A stretch of DNA of 64,000 bases, from assembly GCA_018266765.1 (NCBI GenBank), contig JAFDZU010000036.1, forward strand, positions 22,240 to 86,239, read 5' to 3'. The stretch's first letter is position 1. Every line of letters starts with the position of its first letter. Shown here one piece after another: positions 18,788-29,331 of this stretch. The position numbers and the translations under genes were made by a program. Under the pieces are notes generated by a model, which worked only from the letters and a program-made list of their open reading frames with translations, did no database searches and was not told the DNA's origin. This stretch comes from Bacteroidota bacterium (lineage in GTDB: Bacteria > Bacteroidota > Ignavibacteria > Kapaibacteriales > UBA961).

Positions 18788-19450
18788 TTATATTTTAGCC
18801 ACTTGATTAATATCTTTAACATCTAATATAGATTTGTCAAAACCATAAATTGAACAATTAATCATAGCAATTCCGATGTCTTTAAGTGTTGATACATAAT
18901 TCGGAATTATTAATTTAAGGATTGGATAAATAAAACTTGAACCAATATAAAATTTCAAAGTGTTTTTAAGTCCTTTCGTCGGTTTGATATATGCAGGACG
19001 AAATGCAAACACTTGTTTAAAAGGTAATGAAAATATATAATTCTCAGTTTTTCCTTTCACCCGTGCCCACATACTTTTGCCTTTTTCAGAGCTGTCTGTA
19101 CCGGCACCTGAGACATAACAAAAAGTCATTTGAGGATTTACTTTAGCAAGTGTTTGAGCGAAGTTAGTCGTTAAATTATATGTAAGTTTAGAATACTCTT
19201 CTTCATTTTTTCCGATCGAAGAAACACCTAAACAAAAGAAACAAGCATCGAATGGAAACAAACGGTTTTCTATTGTAGTAATATCCATAAAATTAGAATG
19301 AATAATCTCTTTCAGTTTTGGATGAGTGATACCACAAGTCTTTCGCGAGATTACTAAAATTGATTCTACTCTTGAATCAAGTAGCGTTTCATGTAAAACA
19401 CCTTCGCCAACCATTCCTGTAACACCGGTAATTATAATATTTAACTTCAT
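18788..19450 (-). CDS. NAD(P)H-binding oxidoreductase (atypical SDR, HTATIP2-like)
   Basis: Rossmann motif MKLNIIITGVTGMVGEGV at the preferred start (CAT at 19448-19450). The ORF-track start at 19492 adds 14 unlikely residues. Confidence 0.65.
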   Translation of the reverse strand: MKLNIIITGVTGMVGEGVLHETLLDSRVESILVISRKTCGITHPKLKEIIHSNFMDITTIENRLFPFDACFFCLGVSSIGKNEEEYSKLTYNLTTNFAQTLAKVNPQMTFCYVSGAGTDSSEKGKSMWARVKGKTENYIFSLPFKQVFAFRPAYIKPTKGLKNTLKFYIGSSFIYPILKLIIPNYVSTLKDIGIAMINCSIYGFDKSILDVKDINQVAKI

Positions 19451-19731
19451 GGTTCCTAAGAATTGTAAAAAAATATCCAAATTTGTATTCAAATTCCAAA
19501 ATTCTATCTACTAAATTAGTAAATTTATAGTGCTTTCTAATAATTAATTTATTCAATTATTCAAATTGTGTTTGGAATATATAAATAACAAGAAATGTTG
19601 AAATTTATTCGATTAAATTATAATAAGTAAATAGTTTTGTGCTTAATTGTTGAAAATATTATAATTTCGTAGTTAACCCATAGAAAGTTATATAAAATTA
19701 TTATCCATTTGCAATTTATACAAGGAATATT

Positions 19732-21681
19732 ATGATTAATCGCATCGTAACCTTCAGTATATTCGTACTAATTTATGTAGTACTATTTAATACATTAATT
19801 GCTCAAACAAATGTTCAGAAATCTATCCAAGACTTGATTAAAGAAAAAACTCGCTATACTCCTGAACAAATAGAATGTGCAATAAAAATTCGGAAACAAG
19901 TTCAAGAATTGATTCGAGAAAAAACAAGATTTACTCCACAGCAAATTCAAAATGCACTTGAAAAACGAACCATAGAAACTCAGAATAACTTTGGAACTTC
20001 AAAATTAAATCCCGAACAAATATCTTCTATTAATGAAGTTATTGTAAGTGATGATATTAGTTCAGAATCGGAACTTCACGCCGCTATAAATCCAAAAGAT
20101 AGTTCTAACCTTGTGGTTTCTCCAATAAAAACATCTCAAAATCCATTTGAAGGATTATACTGTCCAATTTATTATTCAAAAGACTTTGGTAAAACTTGGA
20201 AAAAAAGTAGTTTTCAGACAAAACCTAAAGATGCAACTGCACTTGTTATTGGTGGTGGCGACCCAATGTTTGCTTTTAATGCTGATGGAAAGCTATATTT
20301 ATCATGGATTAATCTCTATATTAAAAATTTTAAATTAGATACTTTATATGAAGAAATGTCATGGGCATTTTCAGTTGATGGGGGAGTTACTTGGCAAAGA
20401 GAAGCAAATGGATTTATAGGTAAAACGATAATTGAAGGTCAAAATCAAACCGAGTTTTTTGATAAACAATGGATGATGGTAGATCAAACAAATTCACAGT
20501 TTCGTGGGAATCTATATGCAGGAATATTTCATCCTAATGGTCTTGACGGTAGAATAGGCATTAGGCGAAAAGAAGCAAGTGCAAAAGATTTTGTTCAAGA
20601 AACAGTTAGGCCTGTTGGAAATGATTATTCTCTGAATCAATTCACGAGTTTGGATATTGACTTACAAGGGGGTGTTCACTTAACATTTTTTGGAGATAAA
20701 TCTTCGAATCCTTTACATCCTGCTTTATATCACTCGATATCTATTGATGGGGGAAAAACACTTCAGCAAGAAACTAAAATATCAGAAGTGCAACTACCAC
20801 GGTTTTCAGAAGGTCAAGAACAAGACTCAATTATTGGAGTTCAACAGACTCGATTATATCCTTGCCCTCACTTTGTAATAGATAAGTCTTTATCAAGTTC
20901 ATACAAAGGAAATTGTTATATGGTTTGGACTGCAAACGGTATAACAAAAAAAGAGGGAAATGGATTAGATATTTATTTCTGTATTTCAACAGATAATGGA
21001 AATACTTGGAGCACTCCTAAAATTATTAATGATGACATCAAAGGAGTTGTAAAAGAACAGTATTATCCAAGTATTACTGTTAATGAAAGAGGTGTTATTT
21101 GTATAGCATGGTATGATAGAAGAAATGATAAATTAAACTTAAATACAGATTACTTCATGACATTTTCATTTGATGGAGGTAAAAGTTTTGTTGAAAATTT
21201 TGTGGTTTCACAAAAGCCCACCGATTTTTCTACCGTTGGTTTAATTAACAACGGGTTTGGTGTTGGTGAATATAACGAAATACTTTCTACGGCAAATTAT
21301 GCAATTCCTTTTTGGGCTGATGCAAGAAATAACGATGGAAACATGAATGTTTATTCAGCCTTTGTACCTATTTCTACAACTACAAATGGAGTTGAGCAAA
21401 TTACTTCTCTTTCTCAAGACTATCAGTTATATGATGCCTCACCTAATCCAAGTAAAGGAGTAACAACTATAAAATATACTTTAAATAAACCTTCAAAAAT
21501 TAAACTGGAATTAACTGATTTATTCGGTAAGTCAATGATGACATTATATAATTCAAAAGAAGTTGGGGAAGGGGAGTATTCTATTGAAGTTAATACAAGC
21601 GACATAAGTTCCGGTTCATATTTCTACAAGTTAACTACAGATTTCGGTTATGCTATTAAGAAATTAATTGTTATTAAATAA
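19732..21681 (+). CDS. BNR/Asp-box repeat (sialidase-fold) secreted protein with T9SS C-terminal sorting domain
   Basis: Signal peptide. Asp-boxes SKDFGKTW, SVDGGVTW, SIDGGKTL, STDNGNTW and SFDGGKSF. C-terminal tail ..ASPNPSKGVTTIKY..GSYFYKLTTDFGYAIKKLIVIK. Confidence 0.75.
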   Translation: MINRIVTFSIFVLIYVVLFNTLIAQTNVQKSIQDLIKEKTRYTPEQIECAIKIRKQVQELIREKTRFTPQQIQNALEKRTIETQNNFGTSKLNPEQISSINEVIVSDDISSESELHAAINPKDSSNLVVSPIKTSQNPFEGLYCPIYYSKDFGKTWKKSSFQTKPKDATALVIGGGDPMFAFNADGKLYLSWINLYIKNFKLDTLYEEMSWAFSVDGGVTWQREANGFIGKTIIEGQNQTEFFDKQWMMVDQTNSQFRGNLYAGIFHPNGLDGRIGIRRKEASAKDFVQETVRPVGNDYSLNQFTSLDIDLQGGVHLTFFGDKSSNPLHPALYHSISIDGGKTLQQETKISEVQLPRFSEGQEQDSIIGVQQTRLYPCPHFVIDKSLSSSYKGNCYMVWTANGITKKEGNGLDIYFCISTDNGNTWSTPKIINDDIKGVVKEQYYPSITVNERGVICIAWYDRRNDKLNLNTDYFMTFSFDGGKSFVENFVVSQKPTDFSTVGLINNGFGVGEYNEILSTANYAIPFWADARNNDGNMNVYSAFVPISTTTNGVEQITSLSQDYQLYDASPNPSKGVTTIKYTLNKPSKIKLELTDLFGKSMMTLYNSKEVGEGEYSIEVNTSDISSGSYFYKLTTDFGYAIKKLIVIK

Positions 21682-21697
21682 AGTATAATTTTTACAA

Positions 21698-24256
21698 TTA
21701 AGTTGATCGAACTATAACAATGGTTCGGTCATCATGTTGTTCAGTATTTCCTTGAAATTCAACAACGGCATTTGTAATACCTGCTTCGATATCTTTAGCA
21801 GTTAGGTCTTTCATTGAATTCACCAGATTGAGCAGATATTCTTCTCCAAACTGTTCCTCATTGGAATTGTGAGATTCCGTTACTCCATCTGTATAAAATA
21901 TTATCACATTATTTTTAATAAAAGGGATAGATATCTCCTCTAACTTTTGAGCAAACAAATCACCTTTCACTAATCCTAATGCCAGTCCAGAACTATGAAC
22001 ATATTCAAATGTGTCGTTCAAACAAATAAGTGGAAGCGACTGTCCTGCACGACAAATTGTTACTGTTTGTGTTTCGGTATCAAACAATGCAAGAATTAAA
22101 GAAATAAAAGATTTGCGGTCTAAAGTGGAATATAAATGCCTGTTTACATGTGTAAGTATCTCTTTAGGTGAAGTATATAAGTGTGCCGCAAGATGCATCA
22201 TGCCTTGTATCTTAGACATATATAAAGCCGCCGACATTCCCTTACCTGATACATCAGCCACTACAACAAGTAATTTGGTAGGGGAAATAGAAATAAAATC
22301 ATAATAATCGCCTCCTACAACAAGTGCAGGTTCATTTGTTCCACAGAGGTCTAATCCAAGAATTTCAGGATTATATTTGGGTAATAATTGTTTCTGAATA
22401 GAACGTGCAAGAGCAAATTCTTCTTGAATCTTAACTTTTTCAAGTTCACCTAAATGTAAACGTGCATTTTCAATTGCAACAGCCGCTTGAGAAGCTACTG
22501 TAAGTAGCAAATCTATATCTTCCTGTGAAAATGGTTTCCCATTCAATTTTCTACCAACATTTATTGTTCCGATTAATTTGTCTTTGAGAATCATTGGAAT
22601 AGATAGTGCGATTCCAAACCCTATTATACGTTCGTATTCAGTTGGGTTTAATCGTGATTGCAAAGCGGCATCTTTATCAGCAAAATAAAGCGGAGTTTTC
22701 CGTTCTGCCATTAAATTATAAAGACTTCCTTCCTCGCTATCAGGAGTGTAATAATCAGGAGGAATAATACTTTCCATCGTAAAATTATCAAACATTGCTG
22801 CAACAACTGTTTCAACATGCATAGTAGAAGTTATGCGTTGCATGGTAGTTTGTAAAATTTCTCTAATATGTATTTTCGATGGTAGTTCGCGACTAAACTC
22901 AAGAAGTGCTTTTTGATAATTTAGTTTTTCTTGGTAGAAAATTCTGTCAATAGCATCTTGAGCTCGACGTTTCATTGGATCCAATGCAAATGCAATTGCC
23001 AGCAAAGCAATAATATTTAACATCCGGCTTTCTGTTAGTCCGAATGAATTTTCTAAAAAATTACCAACTCCAACGACTGTAAGTAGATAGATTGCTGCCA
23101 TAGTTGCTGTTAAACCACCATAAATCAAACTTCTGCGAACAACAGAATCAATATCCATCAAGCCATGTTTGAAAATGCTAAAACCAAAAGAAACGGGTAA
23201 TCCTATAAATAATAATGTTGGTGTCAGTAATATGGGATTTGTAAAAATAGCATCTGATCGCGTAATGTTGAGAATCAACAAATAAGTAAATGTAAGTAGC
23301 GATACACCAATACTTACTACGATTGGTCTAAGTTGCTCTTTAAAGCTAAATGAAGATTTGCTTAAATATACATAAATAAATATACTTAGTCCGAATGTAA
23401 AAAAAATAGTCGGGTTAAATAAAAAAATTAAAGCTCCTTGTGGAATTGGGGTGTTCAAAATTTTGTAAAAAGAAAGAACGAATACCAACCATAAAAAAGT
23501 TGTAGAGCCAATTAGAATAAGATTAAGTAACTTACGATTCTTTGGTACGGTGTCAATTGGAAATCTTGTGAAAAACAGTATAAATATAGGTGGAGCAATC
23601 AATCGAGCAAGAAAAAAAGTAAACCAAGTAATTAAGTTCATTATTCCTTTGAAAGTCCAATAATAGTTTGATGCAAATTGTGGATTAACCTTATATAAAG
23701 TTATGGGATTTGTCCCAACAATACCAGGGTTTTGTACTCCGAAATATATCATGGTTACAAGTCCGAATATCCAAAACCTTCTTTGAAGTTCGCCGGTAGG
23801 TTTTGTAATTCCAACTATATAACCAACCACTAAAAATCCGAAACCAAGGAGAAATAATGACAAGTAGACAAAATCAAAAACTTTAATAATTTTAATTTTT
23901 ACATCAAATTGTTTTCCATCTCTAAGTATTGTATAAGTTGCATAAGAATTCAATGGTACTCGATTAAGCATTTCGATGGCATCATTTCTATTTGTAAAAG
24001 ATTTCCCATTGATTTTAACTAAATAATCACCATCTTTTATTTTGGCTTGGTCAGCTACTCCCCCCTTAACTACTCTTGTAATTAAATGGATTTTCTTCTG
24101 TTCGTCATACAACCATAAACATTCATCATTTCCTTGTGCTTCCAAGACCATAACATTAATAAACATATAAACAGATGGTATCAAAGTTATTATCGTAACA
24201 ACCGAAATGAAAATTCGAAGATTTTTAATAGAAAGAGAGTTAAACACAAGTTTCAT
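21698..24256 (-). CDS. membrane-bound PDZ-GAF-PP2C (SpoIIE-family) protein serine phosphatase
   Basis: 852 aa. N-terminal TM plus PDZ (GGVADQAKIKDGDYLVKINGKSF), about 10 TM segments, a GAF-like region, then PP2C/SpoIIE motifs GGDYYDF, VADVSGKGMSAALYMS, FYTDGVTES and DDRTIVIV. Confidence 0.8.
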   Translation of the reverse strand: MKLVFNSLSIKNLRIFISVVTIITLIPSVYMFINVMVLEAQGNDECLWLYDEQKKIHLITRVVKGGVADQAKIKDGDYLVKINGKSFTNRNDAIEMLNRVPLNSYATYTILRDGKQFDVKIKIIKVFDFVYLSLFLLGFGFLVVGYIVGITKPTGELQRRFWIFGLVTMIYFGVQNPGIVGTNPITLYKVNPQFASNYYWTFKGIMNLITWFTFFLARLIAPPIFILFFTRFPIDTVPKNRKLLNLILIGSTTFLWLVFVLSFYKILNTPIPQGALIFLFNPTIFFTFGLSIFIYVYLSKSSFSFKEQLRPIVVSIGVSLLTFTYLLILNITRSDAIFTNPILLTPTLLFIGLPVSFGFSIFKHGLMDIDSVVRRSLIYGGLTATMAAIYLLTVVGVGNFLENSFGLTESRMLNIIALLAIAFALDPMKRRAQDAIDRIFYQEKLNYQKALLEFSRELPSKIHIREILQTTMQRITSTMHVETVVAAMFDNFTMESIIPPDYYTPDSEEGSLYNLMAERKTPLYFADKDAALQSRLNPTEYERIIGFGIALSIPMILKDKLIGTINVGRKLNGKPFSQEDIDLLLTVASQAAVAIENARLHLGELEKVKIQEEFALARSIQKQLLPKYNPEILGLDLCGTNEPALVVGGDYYDFISISPTKLLVVVADVSGKGMSAALYMSKIQGMMHLAAHLYTSPKEILTHVNRHLYSTLDRKSFISLILALFDTETQTVTICRAGQSLPLICLNDTFEYVHSSGLALGLVKGDLFAQKLEEISIPFIKNNVIIFYTDGVTESHNSNEEQFGEEYLLNLVNSMKDLTAKDIEAGITNAVVEFQGNTEQHDDRTIVIVRST

Positions 24257-24386
24257 AGAGTTGTAAGTTCACCAAAACCGTTAGAGTTTCTTTTGAGTTT
24301 ATTAGAATTGTTGTAAATTTACGAAGGTTTTTGCGATTTTCATTTAAAACAATATGATTTTAACTCTATTTTATGAAGAATATACC

Positions 24387-25208
24387 ATGAAGAAAATTTA
24401 TCGATTAATTTCAATACCCAGATGGAAGTTTTGTATAATTATTTTGAGTGGAATATTAATACAATGTTCCGGTCTAACTAACTTAGTAATGCCTCCGAAA
24501 AACGATGTTGGTTTGGGTGCTCAAATGGATGCACAAATAAGGAGTAACCCTAAAGAATATCCTATTCTAAATGATGCGAATTCAAGGCAATATGTTCAAT
24601 CCATGGTCAATAAGGTTTTACAATCACCAGAGATTAAATATAAAAGTATGTTCCCATATAAAGTTGAAATTATCAAAGATGACAAAACTGTAAATGCTTT
24701 TTGCACACCGGGTGGTTATATATATGTATATACAGGATTGATAAAAATGTTGGATAATGATGCAAGTTTAGCCGGTGTAATTGGTCACGAAATTGCACAT
24801 GCAGAATTACGACATAGCGCGAGTCGCATTGTCAAAGCGTATGGTTTACAATTGGCATTAGAAATTGCTTTAGGAAATAATCCTAACAGAACTGCTGAAG
24901 TCGCTGCGAATATGTTTTCTGGGCTTGCTCTCCTAAAGAACAGCCGGAATGATGAAAGCGACGCTGATGAATATTCATTCAAATATTTGCAATCTACAAA
25001 TTGGTATCCCGGTGCTATTTCATATTTCTTTGAAAAAGTAAAAGGGCAAGGAGGCAGTGCAATTGAGTCTCTTCTATCGACTCATCCATTACCGCAAGAT
25101 AGATTAGATGCGGTCAGCAAAAGAGTGAAAGATGCTCACATTCCATCTCCAAATGAGAATACACTGTCATCGAAAAGTTATACGGAATTCAAAAGAAAAT
25201 TACCTTAA
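24387..25208 (+). CDS. M48 family metallopeptidase lipoprotein
   Basis: HEIAHAELRH zinc motif. N-terminal hydrophobic signal ending ..ILIQC. ATG at 24387 preferred over 24354. Confidence 0.8.
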   Translation: MKKIYRLISIPRWKFCIIILSGILIQCSGLTNLVMPPKNDVGLGAQMDAQIRSNPKEYPILNDANSRQYVQSMVNKVLQSPEIKYKSMFPYKVEIIKDDKTVNAFCTPGGYIYVYTGLIKMLDNDASLAGVIGHEIAHAELRHSASRIVKAYGLQLALEIALGNNPNRTAEVAANMFSGLALLKNSRNDESDADEYSFKYLQSTNWYPGAISYFFEKVKGQGGSAIESLLSTHPLPQDRLDAVSKRVKDAHIPSPNENTLSSKSYTEFKRKLP

Positions 25209-25268
25209 ATACATAAATAAAAAACATATAAATAGATTTATAGACTCATTTCTATATTAAATTATACT

Positions 25269-26060
25269 ATGAGAATTAAAAACAAGCTTTTTGAGATTCA
25301 ACAAATTAATAATACGCGATTATGTGTTGGTTTAGATACTGAACTAACAAAATTACCAATTCATTATGACCAGTCACCGGAAGCTTTGCTTACCTTTAAT
25401 AAATCCATTATAGAAGCAACTAAAGATTTAGTATGTGCCTATAAAATAAATTTTGCATTTTACGAGCAATATGGCGTTGATGGAATGCATGTTTTACGCG
25501 AAACACTTAAGAGTATTCCAAGTAATGTTATAACAATCGCAGATGCAAAAAGGGGAGATATAGGTAATACTTCACGAGCGTATGCTATTTCTATCTTTGA
25601 AGAAATGAAATTTGATTCGATTACAGTAAACCCATATATGGGAAAAGATTCCGTAGAACCGTTTTTGCAATATGAAGATAAAATTATTTTTATACTTGCA
25701 TTAACATCAAACCCAGGTTCTTTTGATTTTCAACGGTTAGTTAGTGATGGCAAACCACTTTACCAACATGTTATAGAAACATCTCAAAAGTGGAATACTA
25801 ATTCTGAGCTCGGATATGTAGTAGGAGCTACTCATCCTAATGAATTGAAAGAAATTAGAACATATTCTCCAAACAGTTTAATGTTGATTCCGGGCATTGG
25901 AACTCAAGGTGGAGATGCAACAGCTACAATGGAGGCAAACGGCAATAGTCCTGCTATAGTTAATGTATCAAGAGGAATTCTTTATGCTTCAAATGGAGCA
26001 GATTTTGCCGAAAAAGCACGTTTAAAAGCAGAATTCTACCAAAAGGAGATTGGGATGTGA
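25269..26060 (+). CDS. pyrF: orotidine-5'-phosphate decarboxylase (type 2)
   Basis: 263 aa with GLDT, the DAKRGDIGNT active-site motif and PGIGTQGG. Confidence 0.9.
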   Translation: MRIKNKLFEIQQINNTRLCVGLDTELTKLPIHYDQSPEALLTFNKSIIEATKDLVCAYKINFAFYEQYGVDGMHVLRETLKSIPSNVITIADAKRGDIGNTSRAYAISIFEEMKFDSITVNPYMGKDSVEPFLQYEDKIIFILALTSNPGSFDFQRLVSDGKPLYQHVIETSQKWNTNSELGYVVGATHPNELKEIRTYSPNSLMLIPGIGTQGGDATATMEANGNSPAIVNVSRGILYASNGADFAEKARLKAEFYQKEIGM

Positions 26061-27139
26061 CTCAGCTTGTGTATAATGAATTCAATGAAATTGAACTTCA
26101 ACATGGTGTCCACAAACTTTTAGGTGAACCATCGCGAATTTGGATTACCGAAAGTGGAAAACAACTTCAATCTTTATCTCCTGGTAAATTGAATGTGCAC
26201 GAAGGACCTGATTTTTTGGATGTTGCGATACTTCTTGATGGTGAAATTATGATTGGAAATGCAGAATTTCACAGGAAAAGTTCGGATTGGATAGTTCATC
26301 GTCATTCACAGAATACAAAATACCATTCAATTTTACTTCATATTGTTTTCATTCATGATAGTAATGGTACTTTCGCTAAGGAAACTTTAGTTGTTCCGAC
26401 TGATGAGGTTGTAGGTATTGCAAAAGCATTTCTAACAAATCAAGATGTTTCAGAAAATCGTGAAGTAATTGAAGATTTACAAGATTATGCTTTACTTCGT
26501 TTATTGCGTAAAACTTCTGAATTTCAAATAGAAGTTAATAAATATGGACTTCAAAAAGCATTTTTCGGTTCAATTCGTGACTTCTTGACTAATTTTAAAC
26601 TAAAGAGAAGACGACCTATCTATTCAAACGACCGTCTTCATTATTTTGAAGAACATATTCGACAATCTCCAATTGTACATTTATTTGATGACATAGTATC
26701 AGGAAATTCAGAAAAAAATATTTCTTTAGTTATGAAGGAGTTACTTAAAAATAAACTTGTCAACGAAGGTTCTGCACTTCGACGAGAAATTATATTAAAT
26801 TGCTTTTTACCAGCCATAATTACTTCCTCAAATTCAACTTTAAGAATCGAAATTTTCGCTTGGTATTGGTCAGTAAAATCAATTGGGAAATATGGAATAC
26901 TTAAACGTGAATTTCCAAACGTTCCACAAAGTTACCTCTGGCAACAGCAAGGATTATTAGAATTTATCCGAACAAACGGATTAAAGGGAATGATGTGTTC
27001 TGAAGCTATTAAAGGATATGGATTTGCTGAAACGTTACATTTTTATCGAACGGCAAGCCAGCCATTAAATCGAGAAGTTAACATTCTATCAAAGGATTTT
27101 GAAACATTTGACACTGAGGACTTTGATGAAATGGATTGA
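26057..27139 (+). CDS. DUF2851 family protein
   Basis: GTG start overlapping the pyrF stop. Motif HEGPDFLDVAILLDGEIMIGNAEFHRKSSDWIVHRH is typical of DUF2851. Confidence 0.65.
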   Translation: MTQLVYNEFNEIELQHGVHKLLGEPSRIWITESGKQLQSLSPGKLNVHEGPDFLDVAILLDGEIMIGNAEFHRKSSDWIVHRHSQNTKYHSILLHIVFIHDSNGTFAKETLVVPTDEVVGIAKAFLTNQDVSENREVIEDLQDYALLRLLRKTSEFQIEVNKYGLQKAFFGSIRDFLTNFKLKRRRPIYSNDRLHYFEEHIRQSPIVHLFDDIVSGNSEKNISLVMKELLKNKLVNEGSALRREIILNCFLPAIITSSNSTLRIEIFAWYWSVKSIGKYGILKREFPNVPQSYLWQQQGLLEFIRTNGLKGMMCSEAIKGYGFAETLHFYRTASQPLNREVNILSKDFETFDTEDFDEMD

Positions 27140-28235
27140 AGAAATTATCCGTAAGTTTGTTTTTTTATTATTTAGGATTATTTTTCGCAATCAACAAGCA
27201 TCATTACCCTTAGATAGTACGAAAATTAAGAAAATACTAATACTTAGATATGATGTGTTAGGGGACATGATTGTTACGACTCCGGTGTTTAATTTACTCA
27301 AAGAAAAATTACCTGAGGTTGAGATTCATGTATTGGGGTCTAAAAGAAATATTGGTTTACTTGCTCACGATAAACGTATTAGTAAAATACTCTGTTATAA
27401 TGGAACACTTAAATCACTATTGAAAATTCGTCGAATCGGTAAGAAAGAAAAGTATGATTTAATCTTTCCAATGGTTTTTTATAAAACTACAAATTCCGGA
27501 CTTTGGGCTAATTGGGTTGGGGGTAAAAAGGCGATTAAGGTAGTATGGGCAAACCCTTGGAGATCTCATTTTTATAAATACTTATTTAATTTACAGATAC
27601 CATCTGATGATAAGACTTTTTTATCATTGTCAATGAGTGATATTTTAGTGAAATTTGTTAGTGCAAGTTTTGGATGGCAATTTACTAAGGGCTTGTCAAA
27701 AATTAAAATTGAATTGGCTTATAAGCATGAATTATATGCCAAAAAAATGTTTGAACAATTCAATAATAGAAAAATACTTCTTATAAATCTTTCTGTTGGT
27801 CACCCAAGTCGAGAAATGTTAGAAGGAACTGTAAAATTATTGATCTCAAAAATCTTAGCGAATAATTCTGAGATAATAATATTACTTAACGCAATACCAA
27901 TTGATTTATATAAAGCTAAATATTTATGTGAAATATTTCCAGATAGTGTACATATTTTACCTCATTCGTCTGATATTCTAAATTTCTGTGCATGTATAAA
28001 TTTATGTGATATAATTATATCACCTGATACTTCTTTAATTCACATGGCAACAGCTTTTGACAAACCAATTGTTGGATTGTATAAAAATTCAGAAAAACAT
28101 TGTAAAGAATGGGGACCACAGCATGAAAAAGCTGTAATCATAGTCCCTGACGGTGAAAAAAATGTGTCTGAAATAGAGTATACTTCTATTTATGAAGCAT
28201 TTAATACATTAAATAAAAAATATTCAATACTATAA
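27126..28235 (+). CDS. glycosyltransferase family 9 (heptosyltransferase-like)
   Basis: KKILILRYDVLGDMIVTTPVF N-terminal motif and C-terminal ISPDTSLIHMA motif. ATG at 27126 preferred (MKWIEE..). Confidence 0.75.
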   Translation: MKWIEEIIRKFVFLLFRIIFRNQQASLPLDSTKIKKILILRYDVLGDMIVTTPVFNLLKEKLPEVEIHVLGSKRNIGLLAHDKRISKILCYNGTLKSLLKIRRIGKKEKYDLIFPMVFYKTTNSGLWANWVGGKKAIKVVWANPWRSHFYKYLFNLQIPSDDKTFLSLSMSDILVKFVSASFGWQFTKGLSKIKIELAYKHELYAKKMFEQFNNRKILLINLSVGHPSREMLEGTVKLLISKILANNSEIIILLNAIPIDLYKAKYLCEIFPDSVHILPHSSDILNFCACINLCDIIISPDTSLIHMATAFDKPIVGLYKNSEKHCKEWGPQHEKAVIIVPDGEKNVSEIEYTSIYEAFNTLNKKYSIL

Positions 28236-28295
28236 CTTCTAAAAATATGATTTATAAATTTCGATTACAATTCCTATCTTATTTTGAATAACATT

Positions 28296-29318
28296 ATGAT
28301 TAAAAAAACTATATTATTAACCGGTGCAAACGGTGAAATTGGGCATACTTTACTTGAAGAGTTAACTTACTCAGGGCATTCTGTTGTTGCAATTGACCTT
28401 CAACCACTTTCAAAAGAGCACGAGGCACTTTGTGAAGAAGTAATTGTCGGTAATATTTTAGATGAAGATGTTATCAGAGCTGCTGAGAAATATGACATTA
28501 ATGAAATTTACCATCTTGCCGCTTTATTGTCTACAAGTTCAGAGAGAAATCCCGAGTTAGGACATCGTGTTAACGTAGAGGGAACACTGAACTTTCTTCA
28601 ATTAGCATATCGTGTAGGAAAAAGAATTGGAGAAGCTGTTAAATTTTTATTTCCAAGTACGATTGCAGTTTTTGGAATTCCATCGTTGGAAGATAAAATT
28701 AGAATCGGAAAAGTAAAAGAAGATGATTGTTTGATGCCTATGACAATGTACGGTGTAAATAAATTATATAATGAACACTTAGGAAGATATTACTCAGAAT
28801 TATATAAACGCCTATCAATAGAAAAAGAAACAGGGTATATTGATTTTAGAGGGGTTCGGTTTCCGGGGTTAATTTCTGCATTTACGGTACCAACAGGCGG
28901 AACAAGCGATTATGCACCTGAGATGATTCATGCTGCTGCTCAACATAAACCGTATAATTGTTTTGTCCGCCCAGATGCACAAATTCCTTTTATGGCTATG
29001 CCTGATGGTGTGAGAGCATTGACTGAACTCGCGGCAGCCCCAGCTGAAAGTTTAACAAGAAGAATTTATAATATTGGAGCATTTGCACCAACGGCATCTG
29101 ATATATTTGATGTTGTTCGAGTTTCTTTCCCTGATGCTAATATAGTATTTAAACCGGATGTTAATCGACAAGCTATCATAGATTCTTGGCCAAGTGATGT
29201 AGATGACTCTGCGGCTAGAAATGATTGGGGGTGGGAACCAAAATATGATTTAGAAAGAACATTTGTTGAATATTTGCTCCCCAATATTACTAGATTATAT
29301 TCTTCATATGAATTGTAA
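28296..29318 (+). CDS. NAD-dependent epimerase/dehydratase family protein, L-threonine 3-dehydrogenase-like
   Basis: LLTGANGEIGHTL Rossmann motif, YGVNKLYNE catalytic YxxxK, FPGLIS..PTGGTSDYA, and C-terminal IIDSWPSDVDDSAARNDWGW typical of extended-SDR threonine dehydrogenases. Confidence 0.7.
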   Translation: MIKKTILLTGANGEIGHTLLEELTYSGHSVVAIDLQPLSKEHEALCEEVIVGNILDEDVIRAAEKYDINEIYHLAALLSTSSERNPELGHRVNVEGTLNFLQLAYRVGKRIGEAVKFLFPSTIAVFGIPSLEDKIRIGKVKEDDCLMPMTMYGVNKLYNEHLGRYYSELYKRLSIEKETGYIDFRGVRFPGLISAFTVPTGGTSDYAPEMIHAAAQHKPYNCFVRPDAQIPFMAMPDGVRALTELAAAPAESLTRRIYNIGAFAPTASDIFDVVRVSFPDANIVFKPDVNRQAIIDSWPSDVDDSAARNDWGWEPKYDLERTFVEYLLPNITRLYSSYEL

Positions 29319-29331
29319 TGAAAAGTAAGAA

